NCBI GenBank assembly: GCA_002189035.1
Contig: CM007992.1
Coordinates: 124,001 to 188,000, forward strand
From: Utricularia gibba
Taxonomy: Eukaryota > Plantae > Magnoliophyta
Direction of reading: 5' to 3'
DNA: 64,000 bases
Both the position numbers and the translations under genes were made by a program. Below the pieces are notes generated by a model. It did no database searches and was not told where the DNA came from. It was given only the letters and a program-made list of their open reading frames with translations. Below are positions 1-11,776 of this stretch, one piece after another. Position 1 is the stretch's first letter. Each line of letters starts with the position of its first letter.

Positions 1-2
1 GA

Positions 3-1652
3 ATCACCCAGCCGACATTCAATCACAATGGTTCAATGATATTTCTTGATCTTTCCTATAATAACTTGGTTGGAAGCATCCCCAAGGAGCTTGGCTTGAT
101 GTACTACTTGTCTGTACTCAATCTCGGTCACAATGGTTTGTCTGGTCCTATTCCACAAGATCTTGGTGGCTTGAAGAATGTAGCTATTCTTGATTTGTCT
201 TATAACAGGCTAAATGGATCGATACCGCTGTCACTGAAAGGCCTTACACTGCTTGGAGACATTGATCTATCAAACAACGATCTCTCTGGACCGATCCCTG
301 ACTCAGCTCCATTCGACACCTTCCCTGATTATCGGTTCTTTAATAACTCGGGGCTTTGTGGCTACCCTCTGCCGACATGTCGACTGTTGGCTGGTTCAGG
401 GACGGCTTTGCATACCAAGTCTAAGAGGAGGGAGGCATCTCTTGCAGGGAGCGTGGCAATTGGCATACTCTTTGCACTCCTTTGCATATTTGGTTTGGTC
501 TTTTTTGCCATAGAAGCGAAGAAGCATGTGAAGAAAAAGGGAGCTGCGCTTGAGGCTTACATGGAGAACCATTCAAACTCGGCCACGGCTCAAAGCTTGT
601 GGAAGCTTAGCGCCCGTGAGGCTTTATCAATTAATCTTTCTACTTTTGAGAAGCCTCTGCGGAAACTCACGTTTGCTGATCTTCTTGAAGCAACTAATGG
701 CTTCCACAAGGACACCCTCATTGGATCAGGTGGCTTTGGGGACGTGTATAAAGCACGATTGAAAGACGGTAGCACTGTGGCAATCAAAAAACTGATTCAC
801 GTTAGCAGCCAAGGTGATAGGGAATTCACTGCTGAGATGGAAACCATAGGAAAGATTAAGCACAGGAACCTTGTATCTCTGTTGGGTTATTGCAAAGTGG
901 GGGAGGAGCGTCTTTTGGTCTATGAGTACATGAAATACGGAAGCCTAGAAGATGTTCTCCACAATCGAAAGAAAATGGGTATCAAGCTCAACTGGGCAGC
1001 AAGAAGGAAGATTGCCATTGGAGCAGCAACGGGATTAGCATTTCTGCATCACAGTTGCATTCCACATATCATTCACCGCGACATGAAGTCCAGCAATGTG
1101 CTTCTTGATGAAAACTTGGAGGCGAGGGTCTCCGATTTCGGAATGGCTAGAATGATGAGTGCAATGGATACTCATCTGAGTGTCAGTACATTAGCTGGAA
1201 CCCCCGGATATGTTCCTCCTGAGTACTATCAAAGCTTCAGGTGCACCACTTACGGCGATGTCTACAGCTATGGAGTTGTGTTGCTCGAGCTCCTCACGGG
1301 TAGACGGTCGACTGATTCAGCTGATTTCGGAGACAACAATCTCGTCGGTTGGGTGAAGCAGCATGCAAAAACAAGGATAAGTGATGTGTTCGATCCAATG
1401 TTGATGAAGGAGGATCTCTCTCTGGAGATAGAACTCCTGCAACACTTGAAGGTAGCTGTTTCTTGCTTGGATGATCGACACTGGAAGCGCCCCACTATGC
1501 TTCAAGTACTGACAATGTTCAAAGAGATTCAAGCTGGTTCTGGGCTGGATCCAGCATCGCCTCCGGTTGCAGTCAACTCCGCAGCTTTTGGCTCTTCAGC
1601 CGGGGTGGAGATGAGCATTGCGGAAGGCAATGAGTTAAGCAAACAGTCATGA
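3..1652 (+). CDS. BRI1: Brassinosteroid receptor LRR receptor kinase, 3' part (gene begins upstream of window; intronless here)
   Basis: Frame open from nt 3 ([20 protein letters not shown], end of island domain), last LRRs, TM helix ([21 protein letters not shown]), [66 protein letters not shown] activation loop typical of BRI1. Confidence 0.97.
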   Translation: MTQPTFNHNGSMIFLDLSYNNLVGSIPKELGLMYYLSVLNLGHNGLSGPIPQDLGGLKNVAILDLSYNRLNGSIPLSLKGLTLLGDIDLSNNDLSGPIPDSAPFDTFPDYRFFNNSGLCGYPLPTCRLLAGSGTALHTKSKRREASLAGSVAIGILFALLCIFGLVFFAIEAKKHVKKKGAALEAYMENHSNSATAQSLWKLSAREALSINLSTFEKPLRKLTFADLLEATNGFHKDTLIGSGGFGDVYKARLKDGSTVAIKKLIHVSSQGDREFTAEMETIGKIKHRNLVSLLGYCKVGEERLLVYEYMKYGSLEDVLHNRKKMGIKLNWAARRKIAIGAATGLAFLHHSCIPHIIHRDMKSSNVLLDENLEARVSDFGMARMMSAMDTHLSVSTLAGTPGYVPPEYYQSFRCTTYGDVYSYGVVLLELLTGRRSTDSADFGDNNLVGWVKQHAKTRISDVFDPMLMKEDLSLEIELLQHLKVAVSCLDDRHWKRPTMLQVLTMFKEIQAGSGLDPASPPVAVNSAAFGSSAGVEMSIAEGNELSKQS

Positions 1653-2982
1653 TTTCTTTCCTGAACAGGAGATGAACAAATAATCAGACGCTGCTGTGAT
1701 GAAGCACACACCTTCTTCACTCAGCCCCCATTTTTTTCCCATTGTGTATTATCGTTAGCACTAGCACAGAGTTTGTATCTATCTACTCTTAGAACTCAAG
1801 CAGCCCATGAAGTGAATAGAGCAAAAACCGCCCCCTTTCATCACCTGCACTGAGTACTGCTGTAGATATGGTTATACATTTTGTGGTTTGCTATGATTCA
1901 TCAGTGTTCAGTAATCAACCCTGTCCAATCTTTTCAATGTGTGGTCAAACAGGACAGGAGCTGCTGACACAATCAATAGGTTTTATTCAAAATCCTCCCC
2001 ACGTTTTGATCAACAGGAGTGCTCATGAGATCGAAAGAAAAACCAGTGAGTGGTCCCTGGAGCTGGAGTGTTATCTTTCCTCCATGGCGTTTGAGGATGT
2101 GCACGTGGGGTGCCGATAATGAATCTCAACAAAAGTAAAAGTTACCTTTGGCCCGACATCAGTATGGACAAGTGTGGAAATAATTAATTCTGTAAAAACA
2201 AGGGTGATGATGGGGGTGGGGGCGCCGCGTTGTCTGCTGGCGGCCGGAGAAACGTCGCTGTGCGAGTTCTTACAATTTGTCCAGCGCCACCCGACACCAT
2301 GGCCCCCAAATCCCTTTCTTAGTTTACGGGTTTGACCGGAGGTGTAGCTGCTATTTCTTTATCATCAACATTAAAAGCGTCGTCGCCCTGTCCAAAAGTG
2401 CTACAAAAACCATCCGTGAATTGAGAAACTGTGAATAACTAACAACCACGCACTCCAGGGTCAACCGACGGGGCGAGGGCCAAGAGGATGAACTTGTCCC
2501 CGCGACCCTGTTTCTGCTATTCCCGGGTTGCTTTTCTCTTTGACTTGTTCCAAGCAAGATGTGATTTTGACATATTTCCATTCTTTGTTATGAGGAACAG
2601 TACAGAGATACCTCAAAATGCAAGCTGTGGCTGAGATAACAAGGCGAAATTATTTGGAATACGCAGCAATGAAATTAGTGGCATCCAGGTCGCGATCATA
2701 CAGCGCGCGCGGACCACACCACACGGACAAGGCTCGACGTCCAAGTAATAACAAGTAATAACTAAGCAGAGAGGACGACAGTCTGAATAGCTGTCGGAGG
2801 TGAAGCCAAATTTGGGTTTTGCTACCTGCGCTTTCTCACAAAGAGATGGATACCGCTATCGGCGGCATAGCTGGGCAGAAAGAATAGGCCCATAGGAATG
2901 CAATCTTAACATTACCCATTGCAGTCCCAGGCCGAGTCCATAAGCCCACAAAACACGACATTCTGAGGATGCATTTCCACAA

Positions 2983-3001
2983 GTTGTTGTTGTTGTTGTT
3001 G
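2983..3001. repeat. (GTT)n trinucleotide microsatellite
   Basis: gttgttgttgttgttgttg seen directly. Confidence 0.9.
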
Positions 3002-3344
3002 AACTGGGCTTGCAGACTACACCCCTCCGCCTCATCATCATCTGATGGGGAGTGGATGCGCCGGCCGGCCGGCCCTCAGATAGTCGGCCTCCACCTCCAA
3101 TTGCATTGTCGAACCATTTCAGGGTTCATTTGTGTTTCTCCATTCTCTCTATATGGATGGAAAAGAGAACCCGGAAAGTGTTGGTTCGCCGATACTTTGG
3201 ACTGCTGCATATCGAAATTGTAAGAGGCTTTCGGCTTTCAAAGACTACCAAGTGAAGTGGTTTCTTTCATTCTCCGTGTTATTCAAATCAAGACAAAAAG
3301 GCACGCCTTCTCACAAACTGCTGGTCCTGGTATTTGATAGATCT

Positions 3345-4878
3345 TCAAAACGGTGGTGCAGTCGACGATGCATCGGAGTGCCGTTTGGACCAGGCCGAAC
3401 TCAAAGCCTGAAGACGTTGAGTGTAATCACCCAAAGCCAGCAACCCCCGAGCCGCTTGGCGAGTGGAAAGAATGCATGAAATCTGCTGCAGTGTCCCTTG
3501 CCGGAGATTATCTGCCTGAACCACGAACCGTACGACAACTTCAAGCTTCTCCATAGCAGCGGTGACCTCGTGGAAATAGTTGCCGTCTCCAAGCTGACCC
3601 CCGGTGAGAGTGTCCGCAGCAATCTGTTGCAGTTTCTCCATCCCCCTTGACAGGGCATCCTCTGCTTGTTGGCATGATTGTTGGAGATTAAAAATGTCGA
3701 AGCGCTGTTTATCGGACATTGGCTCCAGATGGGGTAACAGAATCTGTTCGTTCAAATCACAGCACATCACCAGCAATCTACAGTGGGAATCACAAAGAAA
3801 TGGTAGCAAACCTTGAGAATCTCTGAAGGCCGAAAGCCACCTATCCAGAAGAAAAAACGTTCACCTAAAGAAATCCATAAGCCAGACATGATGTAGAATG
3901 CATCAACTTTTGCTGCTGAAGCTTTCATGGAGAAGAGATCAAAGTAGTGCCTTAGTCCATTATCGACGTAAACAGCAAGTTCCACATCTCCAATGTTGGA
4001 ATGCAGAGCATTTCTCAGCTCGGAGATCAGTCTGTTTTGTTCTTCCAACCAGCGCCCGTACGCTGCCTCAAACGTACCTACACCTATGGAACGAAGCCAT
4101 GAATGATGGAGTTGGGAGTCCAACAAAGCAACGTATTGTAGTTATTGATGTTACTAACTCTGAATCACTGTTCCAGGGCAAGCATTCTGAGCCACGTCGC
4201 AAGAACCACCTGTATAAACACCCTGCAGCAGAAGCTTCACCTTCTTACAAGACTACCGACTTTTGAAATAAACTGTTCGTTGATCCTAAGCAAGAGACTG
4301 TATTTCACCTGTTGCCGTGCTTGGTCTATCTCCTGTTGTAATTGAACTAGTCTCTGCTTACAAGCCTCTAGCTGCTGCACATACGCCTGGACAACAAACA
4401 CCCTTTCAGGAAAACTTACGTATTCAGGTAACAAAAGAATCCTACACCAAACCTTTTTACGAAGACGGCTCTTTCGAGCAGCTTCACGGTTCTGCGCCAG
4501 CCGTCTTAATACCTATACATGTCCCAAACTTATACCCATCACTGAAATCAAGTTGCTTTAACAGAATCAGCATATTGCTTCACCTTCTCAGGCTTTTTCT
4601 GTCCCTGATCATACTTATGTGAAGCTCCTGCAGTTCCTAGTGAAGTTTCTTCTGACTAGACATGTAAAGGAAATGTCAGCTAACGAGAGAGGATTAGGAA
4701 TTCACACCAGCTGCGGTTGAACCTTATTGTCATGGTTTTGCTCAAAATTCAGCAGTGTTGGAAGAGAAGAATCCACAAAAGTGTTGGCTTTGTAATCACC
4801 CCACATTGCCATTTGATGAAGAGGGTCACAGAAACCCATCTTCCCGGTGGGAAAGAATTGTGTCGATCCAGACTTCAT
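3345..4878 (-). CDS. TGA: TGA-family bZIP transcription factor with DOG1 domain (TGA1/TGA4-like), 366 aa, 7 coding exons
   Basis: Exons 4878-4723, 4655-4584, 4512-4453, 4386-4309, 4222-4159, 4083-3812, 3743-3345 with GT-AG borders sum to 1101 nt in frame; VLRRLAQNREAARKSRLRKKAYVQQLE basic zipper, FWIGGFRPSEILK, QAEDALSRGMEKL, ADNLRQ. Confidence 0.95.
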
Positions 4879-4895
4879 TCTTCTTTCTTGATCAT
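4875..4895 (-). other. 6-codon upstream ORF (MIKKEE*) whose TGA overlaps the TGA-gene start codon
   Basis: Minus strand reads ATG ATC AAG AAA GAA GAA TGA; the ATGA overlap contains the main ATG at 4878. It lies downstream of the likely leader-intron acceptor near 4912. Translation not shown. Confidence 0.55.
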
Positions 4896-5657
4896 GGGGG
4901 CTCAATAGCGATACTTCATTGGAAGTAAGGAGAAGCAAAAACCAATACAAATTCATTAATTAGCTTATGTTACATCTGTCATCAATAGCAGAACAAAACG
5001 ATAAGACCTACGGCTATGCGTCAGAGCAAAACCCACAAAAACTGCTCAACAAAAAATCCCTTTTCATACTCATCCAATACAAGAACAAGAACCACATCAA
5101 AGTGCGAAATCCCAGATGCCCAGTAATCAGAAAGCTGCACACATATAATCGAAAAGGGATTAAGAAGAAACTAACCGCAGATGGGTTCAGCGGGAGCTAG
5201 GAAGAAGCAGGAGAATCATGGAATAAAACTAATCAAATATCTTTTGCTCACAAGCTTATCTAGCTGAAAAGGAGCAACACTTTGCTCACAGATTCACTTA
5301 ACCCAGGAAAGAGTGCATGATGATTTTGATTTCAGGACAAATTCGGCAGTGAGACTTTCTCTTTTGTGCGGTTTGCGTTGGTTTTATCTTAAAGGCTACA
5401 AACAAAATTGACTTGTCCACAGCTTCCCAATGGAACAAGCAACATATAAAAAGACAACTTGAAAAACAGGAAGAGAGTACCCCAAATGCGTACCACCTCA
5501 TCTTCAATTTGCTTTATTCAATTCACTCATTCCCACATACATTCGTTCTCCATCATCACTGGTTGTCTGTTTATTATTTAAGAAAAAGCACTACCCATCC
5601 CATAAGTGAAGCAAAGATTGCACAATTCTAGAACATCGAACAGAAGAAACTGCCACA

Positions 5658-5665
5658 TGACGTCA
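5658..5665. promoter_or_regulatory. Perfect TGACGTCA palindrome (TGA/bZIP site) upstream of the TGA coding region
   Basis: Motif seen directly; a second TGACG half-site at 5772-5776. Function inferred. Confidence 0.45.
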
Positions 5666-6023
5666 ACGGGCGGACGCGTGTGAACGCCACGCTCCGGCGA
5701 GAAGCGTGGAAACTTTGGCAGATATTTCGGTTAAAAAATGGTGGTTGTCGTTTTTTCACAGGGAAATGAAGTGACGCCAGGCGGCCCATCCTCTCCTCCC
5801 TCCTCCAATCACCTTTTTGTTGGATTCCGCAACTCAGACCCACTCTTTTATTTTCTCTCCCTCAACCCACACACAAACAAAACAGAAGAAGCTGAAGCTC
5901 AAAGCTTGAGAAAGAGCACCAGCACCCGTTCTTCAGCCTGAAGAAGCTCAACTATTTTATTTCCTTTTTATTAGATTAATTATTTTAAAATCTGTTCTTT
6001 TCTTTTTTTCTTGGGCAATTAGA

Positions 6024-6055
6024 TGGGCTCGATGGGCCCGACTCATAAAGGCCCA
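6024..6055. promoter_or_regulatory. Site II (TGGGCY) element cluster
   Basis: TGGGCT 6024, TGGGCC 6033, GGCCCA 6050 within 32 nt, upstream of the TGA leader region. Confidence 0.5.
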
Positions 6056-7966
6056 ATTTAAAGAAAACCAACGAGGGCCATGCTTTAATGGGGCCATCCC
6101 CTGTCCAAACCCGTACCCGTACCCATACCCCATCATCACTAATTAAGAAGAGTCATCACTTGAAGATCCATGGAACCTCCGATGAAAATGGTCCTCTCCA
6201 GCTTTTTTTTCCTTGGCACAGCACTCCATTACAGATGCAGCACTGCATCTTCCAACTGAGCATGGCGAAGTTGGGGAAAACCAATGCTATACACAATAAT
6301 GTGAAAAGCTGTGTTTTAACCCAGCGATTCCTGGTTCTGCTTCTGCAGACCACAGGGGCAACTGACTCATGATCATCAATGCAGGCAGAGATCATGAGAA
6401 GCAGTAAGTTGATTTTTGTTTTTTTCGATGAAAGCTTCCAACTTTCTCAATTTTCGATGAAGTTTCTACAAAATAAAGGGGGAAGAGGTCTCTCTCTCTT
6501 CAAATCATTCGTCAAAACAGGGGGAAAAGCAAAGGACTCTGAGAAGTTCCCCTACGCAAGTTTAAAAGGAAGAAGCATAATTCAATGGTCCTAGTCAAAA
6601 GGAGATCGATTTAAAGTGCTAAAGCGCAAACCTTCCGAAGGAACACAAAAGAAACCCCAAAATGTATATGAAATCGTTTCGGTACTGATGATGATGATGA
6701 TGGCCTCGTAGACGATGACCACAAGAAAGGAAAACTGTGCGCTAGCTTGTACTGCAGTTTGTCCCAGTCACCGCGGTCCCTGATAATTTAATAAATTAGC
6801 GATCTTCAGATTGAGAAGAAAGCTGGCTGAGCAAACCCAGCAAAAATCTACCAGCATTTGGTCCCAATATTTTCTAAAGCTCAGCCTCCGCTCTGCTCCG
6901 TCAACAAATTTGCGTGCACAGCAGCCCTTCTTTTTATCTTCCGCATCATCAAATCCTTGGAAAACTTTTCAATACGAAACGCAGCTACACTACGAAACTC
7001 ACATTTTTCTTGGGCCCTTCGAAGGTGAAAGTAGCGTCACAAGTAGGGTGTTGGAAGGAAGGACTTTTGTGTGGTTGAAATAAATGATCACTGTACATCT
7101 TAATTACTGTGCTGCTCTTCTTGCTTACCTATTAACGTCTACTTATTATTTGCTTTCTCCCTGTTTTTCTGCTGTTCTTCAGTTTTCGCTTAACGAGTTG
7201 CATTTGTCTGATTGTGAGGATCGACCACCCAGTTGGGTTGTCGGTGTGAAAGTGTAAGTTTGATGTTTTTGTAAAGACAGATTTGAAATTTGTTGGAAGG
7301 TGCTTGTGGGCGCTGGTAGACGAGCGTATAAAGTAAAAGTGGTGAAGCCACATTTTTTTTTGTAAAGCCACTGCTACAGTTTCAACACCTCCCTTCTATA
7401 ATCCGTTTTCTTCAGTGGTTGAGCCTAAAATCCTCAAGTTCGGCTAGCTTTTTAACGCAGCAGCTGTTCTTCTTCATGAAGAGCCAGTGGTCGTCGTAAG
7501 AACGAAGCAGACCATCTCCATTTTGTATCACTTGAATTTTCTCTGTTTTGGAACCAGATTTGGTTTTCCTTTTCAGCGCGCTAGCCTTCCTGAAACCTTC
7601 GTTTAGTTCCATTGTTTGTCTGCTGATACGGTAATTTCCTTTTACGTGGCGAATTTACTAAATGCTCGAGTTATAGCTCGTCTTTTCATCATGAAAATGG
7701 GCAAGATTTTCTTCGTGTGCTCTAGATATATACAACAACCACGAACAAGTCGCACAGTTGCCAATATATGTTTTGCCTTCGGCAACTTGTCGGTGGTTAA
7801 TGGTGTTCAATGTGAAGTTTTTGTTTCCTTCCTCAAATCCTTTTTCATTTCAAGTGGTTGATTTTTGTTCCTGCTCTTGTTTCGTGGTGGAGTTATTGAG
7901 TGTGGTTTGCTGCTGATCCTTGACTCGTTTTCCTCATTTTTCCCCATTACACCAGAAGTTGGAGAA

Positions 7967-10900
7967 ATGGCTGAAGCTCCAAATGTTCGGTTGGTTCTGT
8001 GTCCGAAGTGTGAAGAACTCCTCCCTGAGCTCCCAGAATTTTCCCTCTACAAATGCGGCGGCTGCGGTGCTGTTCTCAAAGGTCATTTTTTGTCTACATC
8101 TATTTATGCATCTAAGTGTCTCTTTACTGGGGTTCGTATTTTTGTGTCTGGTCACCGTATGATGAATGTTCCTTAGTTTCTAGCTTGCGCCTTTTTTTTG
8201 CTAGTGATCCAGACATTTTGGGTCGCTAGATGTCTTTCTGAGCTTGATATTCTTTACCTTTTTTGCAGCTAAGGGAAAGCGGATTCTTGAAAATGGGCAT
8301 CCAAAGATATCTGATGATGCAACTGTTGGGGGAACATTGAGAAAGATAACACCGCAAAAGTTTCTGACGTTACCCTTGCAGGTGAGAGGCAAACCGTTGA
8401 CAATGGAGTTCAAACAGCTCTGGGTGAAGAAATGGTATCCCCTTCGCAACGTGAAACTGCAGTGAAACCAGTTGATTCTTATAAAAAGGGGACAGGAAAA
8501 GAAGGTGTTGACTTTCGAGGGGGGTCAGATAGTGAGCACTCTCAGGATTCTCTGCGCAATAAGAAACCTGCCGGTAACAGTGAGTTGAATGTAGACAGGC
8601 CTGAGTATGCTTACCTAGATGAAAAAGCTAGAGATTTCAGAAATCCCTTGGATCCAGTGAAATCGAGGCCTGCTCCAGATCGATGGGAGGATCGAAGTTT
8701 TGAGCCTGGATCATCTCAGTTGCACACCAGAGGACTGTCAGGACAAGTGAGGATCAAGGATTTTCTCTGTCATGAGGATGATCCCTCCAATGGAGATATG
8801 AAAACTTATCCTGAGCAAGGTGACAGGGCAAGACATCAAGGTTATAACACAGGAGCCATTAGACCCGAAAATCTGGAAATCGATCGGATGGATCTTCTCA
8901 GAAGGCTTGATGAATTGAGGGATCAACTCAGTAGATCTAATGACTTGGGAGACTCCCCTGTTTGCTGCAGGAGGCATAATGCTGCTTATCCCGAGAGCTT
9001 CAGCAACTCTCAGGCTTTAAACAATCAGCCACGCGTTCCAGATGAGATGGGGCCTCATTGTTTCAGCCATTCCTCAAAGTTTGCTCCTTGCGCCAAGAGT
9101 TATGGTTCAAGGGGTCAACCTCGGCGTGGATGTGCATATGATATGCCGCTTTTTGCTGATCATTTTCCAAATGATAGGCATTCGAGACCTTCACATCATC
9201 CTCAACGCATGCAGCAAGCATATGATCATCGCATTTCTCATTACTGTGGTGAGGATATTCAAGATCTGTACCTGCCACGCAGGCATGAGAACTTGTTTCG
9301 ACAGGAAACATGTTATTGCAGGAACTGTTGCGTTAAGAGCGAACAGAGAACTTCTGTGATTGGGCAACCGTTTTGTGATACGAGAGACCAACACGGTTTA
9401 TATCCCACTATGCGTAGGCCTCAGCCTACTGATTTGGGGGATTCCAGATTGCGCCCACTCCATCAAGAGCATCACTGGAATTCTAATGAACTGGATTCTA
9501 GCCATTATCCAAAAAAGTTGGTTTTTGCTCATGGGAATAAGCAGGTGAGCCATCCCGTTGCAGGTGGTGCTCCGTTTATAACATGTTATAACTGCTTTGA
9601 ATTGGTGAAAATTCCTCGGAAGCACATTTCAACGTTGAAGAAGCCACAGAAAGTGAAATGTGGGGCTTGTTCGTCAATTATCTTTTTTGAGATTGGGAAC
9701 AAGGATATTGTTGCACCATTTTCTGACCATGGTGATCAAATGCCAACTGAGATTGATGATGGTTCAATCGAGACGAGAGATGAAAACATTGGATACTGGA
9801 ATGATGGTTTTTATGGAACAAACAGGAACACTTGCAGTGAGGATTTTTCTAACTCTCAGCACAAGTTTTCTGAAGCGGACAAGGAAAACTCCTGTGACCT
9901 CGAGGGGCCTTTGAACCATCTTTCTTCGACTTCAAGCTTATCACAGGATGACTCAAGTCCTGACCATGGTTTACCCTCACTACGAGTTACGCATTTATCT
10001 CCATCTGATCACGGACGTGACAGCATCCTTGAGAACCATCTTTGTAAGGGCACTAGAAGCAGAGGAACGGAGGAGGCTGCTTCTCTTGACAGGAGTGCTT
10101 CTCTGCAGAAGTCCACCGATGATCATGCAGTAGCATCTGAGATAGATGTGCCGTCAAACGAGCTCTCAAACGGCTATGCTTCTCAGGACTCTACAGATAC
10201 AAATAAAGAGTATCAACCAAAAGCTAGCAAAGGCGTTGAATCCTTCCTCACAAATCTTATGAAGAAGAGCTTCAAAGACTTCAAAAAGTCCAACCACGGT
10301 GGGGATGCTCGGGAGTCGCAAGTTTCTGTAAACGGCCGTCCCTTGCCTGATCGTGCTGTCAAGAAAGCTGAAAAGTTAGCAGGACCTATCCAACCTGGAG
10401 AATACTGGTAATAACATAGGTTAAATTTTGCATTCTTGTACATGAAAATGGTCCTCTCAGTCTACTTAACATGTTTTTGTTATAAACTTGGTATCCAGGT
10501 ATGACAGTAAAGCAGGTTTCTGGGGCGTGATGGGTCATCCTTGTCTAGGCATTATCATGGTTAGTAGTTCATTGTGTTTCTCGATCTTCTCGTCCTTGGG
10601 AATCATTGTTCTATCGGCCATATGTTATGCAGCCAAACATAGAAGAGTTTAATCACCCAATGCCGGTAGATTGTTCCGCTGGAAACACCGCAGTTTATGT
10701 GAATGGTCGTGAACTTCACCAAAAGGACTTGGACTTGCTGGCCAGCAGAGGTCTTCCAGTCACAAGGAACAGGTCTTATCTCATTGCGATCAATGGAGAA
10801 GTCCTTGATGAGCAGACTGGCGAAGCAATGGATGGCCTTGGCAAGCTCGCACCAACGTGAGTCTTCAAGCCCTTCATCCGCTCACTCGATCATGAATCAT

Positions 10901-10991
10901 ACATAGTGAACCTGTTATATATGTGAACAGGGTGGAGAGAGCGAAGCATGGATTCGGGATGAAAGTTCCAAGATTCATCATGCAAACATAA
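7967..10991 (+). CDS. EDR4-like: ENHANCED DISEASE RESISTANCE 4-like zinc-ribbon protein (one apparent frameshift at 8328-8332)
   Basis: Exon 1 7967-8081 VRLVLCPKCEELLPE...CGGCGAVLK; exon 2 from 8269 (or 8382) to 10407 with HPVAGGAPFITCYNCFELVKIP...CGACS; exons 10499-10559, 10633-10856, 10931-10991 give QPGEYWYDSKAGFWGVMG, VNGRELHQKDLDLLASRGLP, GKLAPTVERAKHGFGMKVP. Confidence 0.88.
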
Positions 10992-11776
10992 GAATAGTTA
11001 ATGTAGGATCATCAGTTGGCTTCTGGCGCTGGAACGAAGCACAATGGTAGACGCTGGTCTCATATGTCACTGTACTGTTGTATGTGTTTAGGAAGGCCTA
11101 ACTACTCCCTCGATTTTCACCTTACCTCGTACAAACTGTGGTTTTATATCAATATAGCAGGTTTTCGTGGTGGGTTTACCTTGAGCTTCTTCACATCTTC
11201 AGCAATTTCTGTTGCCAACAGATGTGAGAACAGTAAAGAGATTTGATCAAAATGCAAAAAACTGCTTTGAAATTAGGAATCACCCACAGATTTCCAAAAT
11301 TACTGGGGTGTGGACTGCAGAATGCAGACCAGTCTCGACCCATTGACGCAACTGGGTCGCTTTTGGCGGGCATGATTTGCAGGTACCCATGTTCAGCTAA
11401 TCAACATTCAGAAGTAATGAAATGAAGCTTCCTAAAGGCAGGGATGGGGAGGACGTGATGAAAAGGATGAGGAAAGATGTTTCCCTTCCACGAAACAAAA
11501 AAGACAACATTATGTCCTTCAGATGAACACACAGTAGTCTGACGACGCCAACCCAAACTAATAGGAAACTGGCTGATCTCAGCCAGATACCACCATCCAC
11601 GACAACACCACAATGCATCCATCGGGCTAGCGGCACCTCTGACGGGGGAATCCTACAAGATACACCTGCAGACCTGCAAAGATGCGATAAGAATATACTA
11701 CTTACCATGAACTTTCAGACCAACCAATCTATCAGAAATCGATGAAGAGATCTGCCACAAGTGCACAGGCTGAAGC

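Noticed and set aside
6684-6784. Possible C/D snoRNA (TGATGA ... CTGA)
   Set aside because: The C-like box is part of a (GAT)n run, there is no terminal stem, and only a 7-nt match to an 18S segment I can recall.
6182-10458. Identical 17-mer ATGAAAATGGTCCTCTC at 6182 and 10442
   Set aside because: No flanking similarity; one 17-mer match within 64 kb of AT-biased DNA is plausible by chance.
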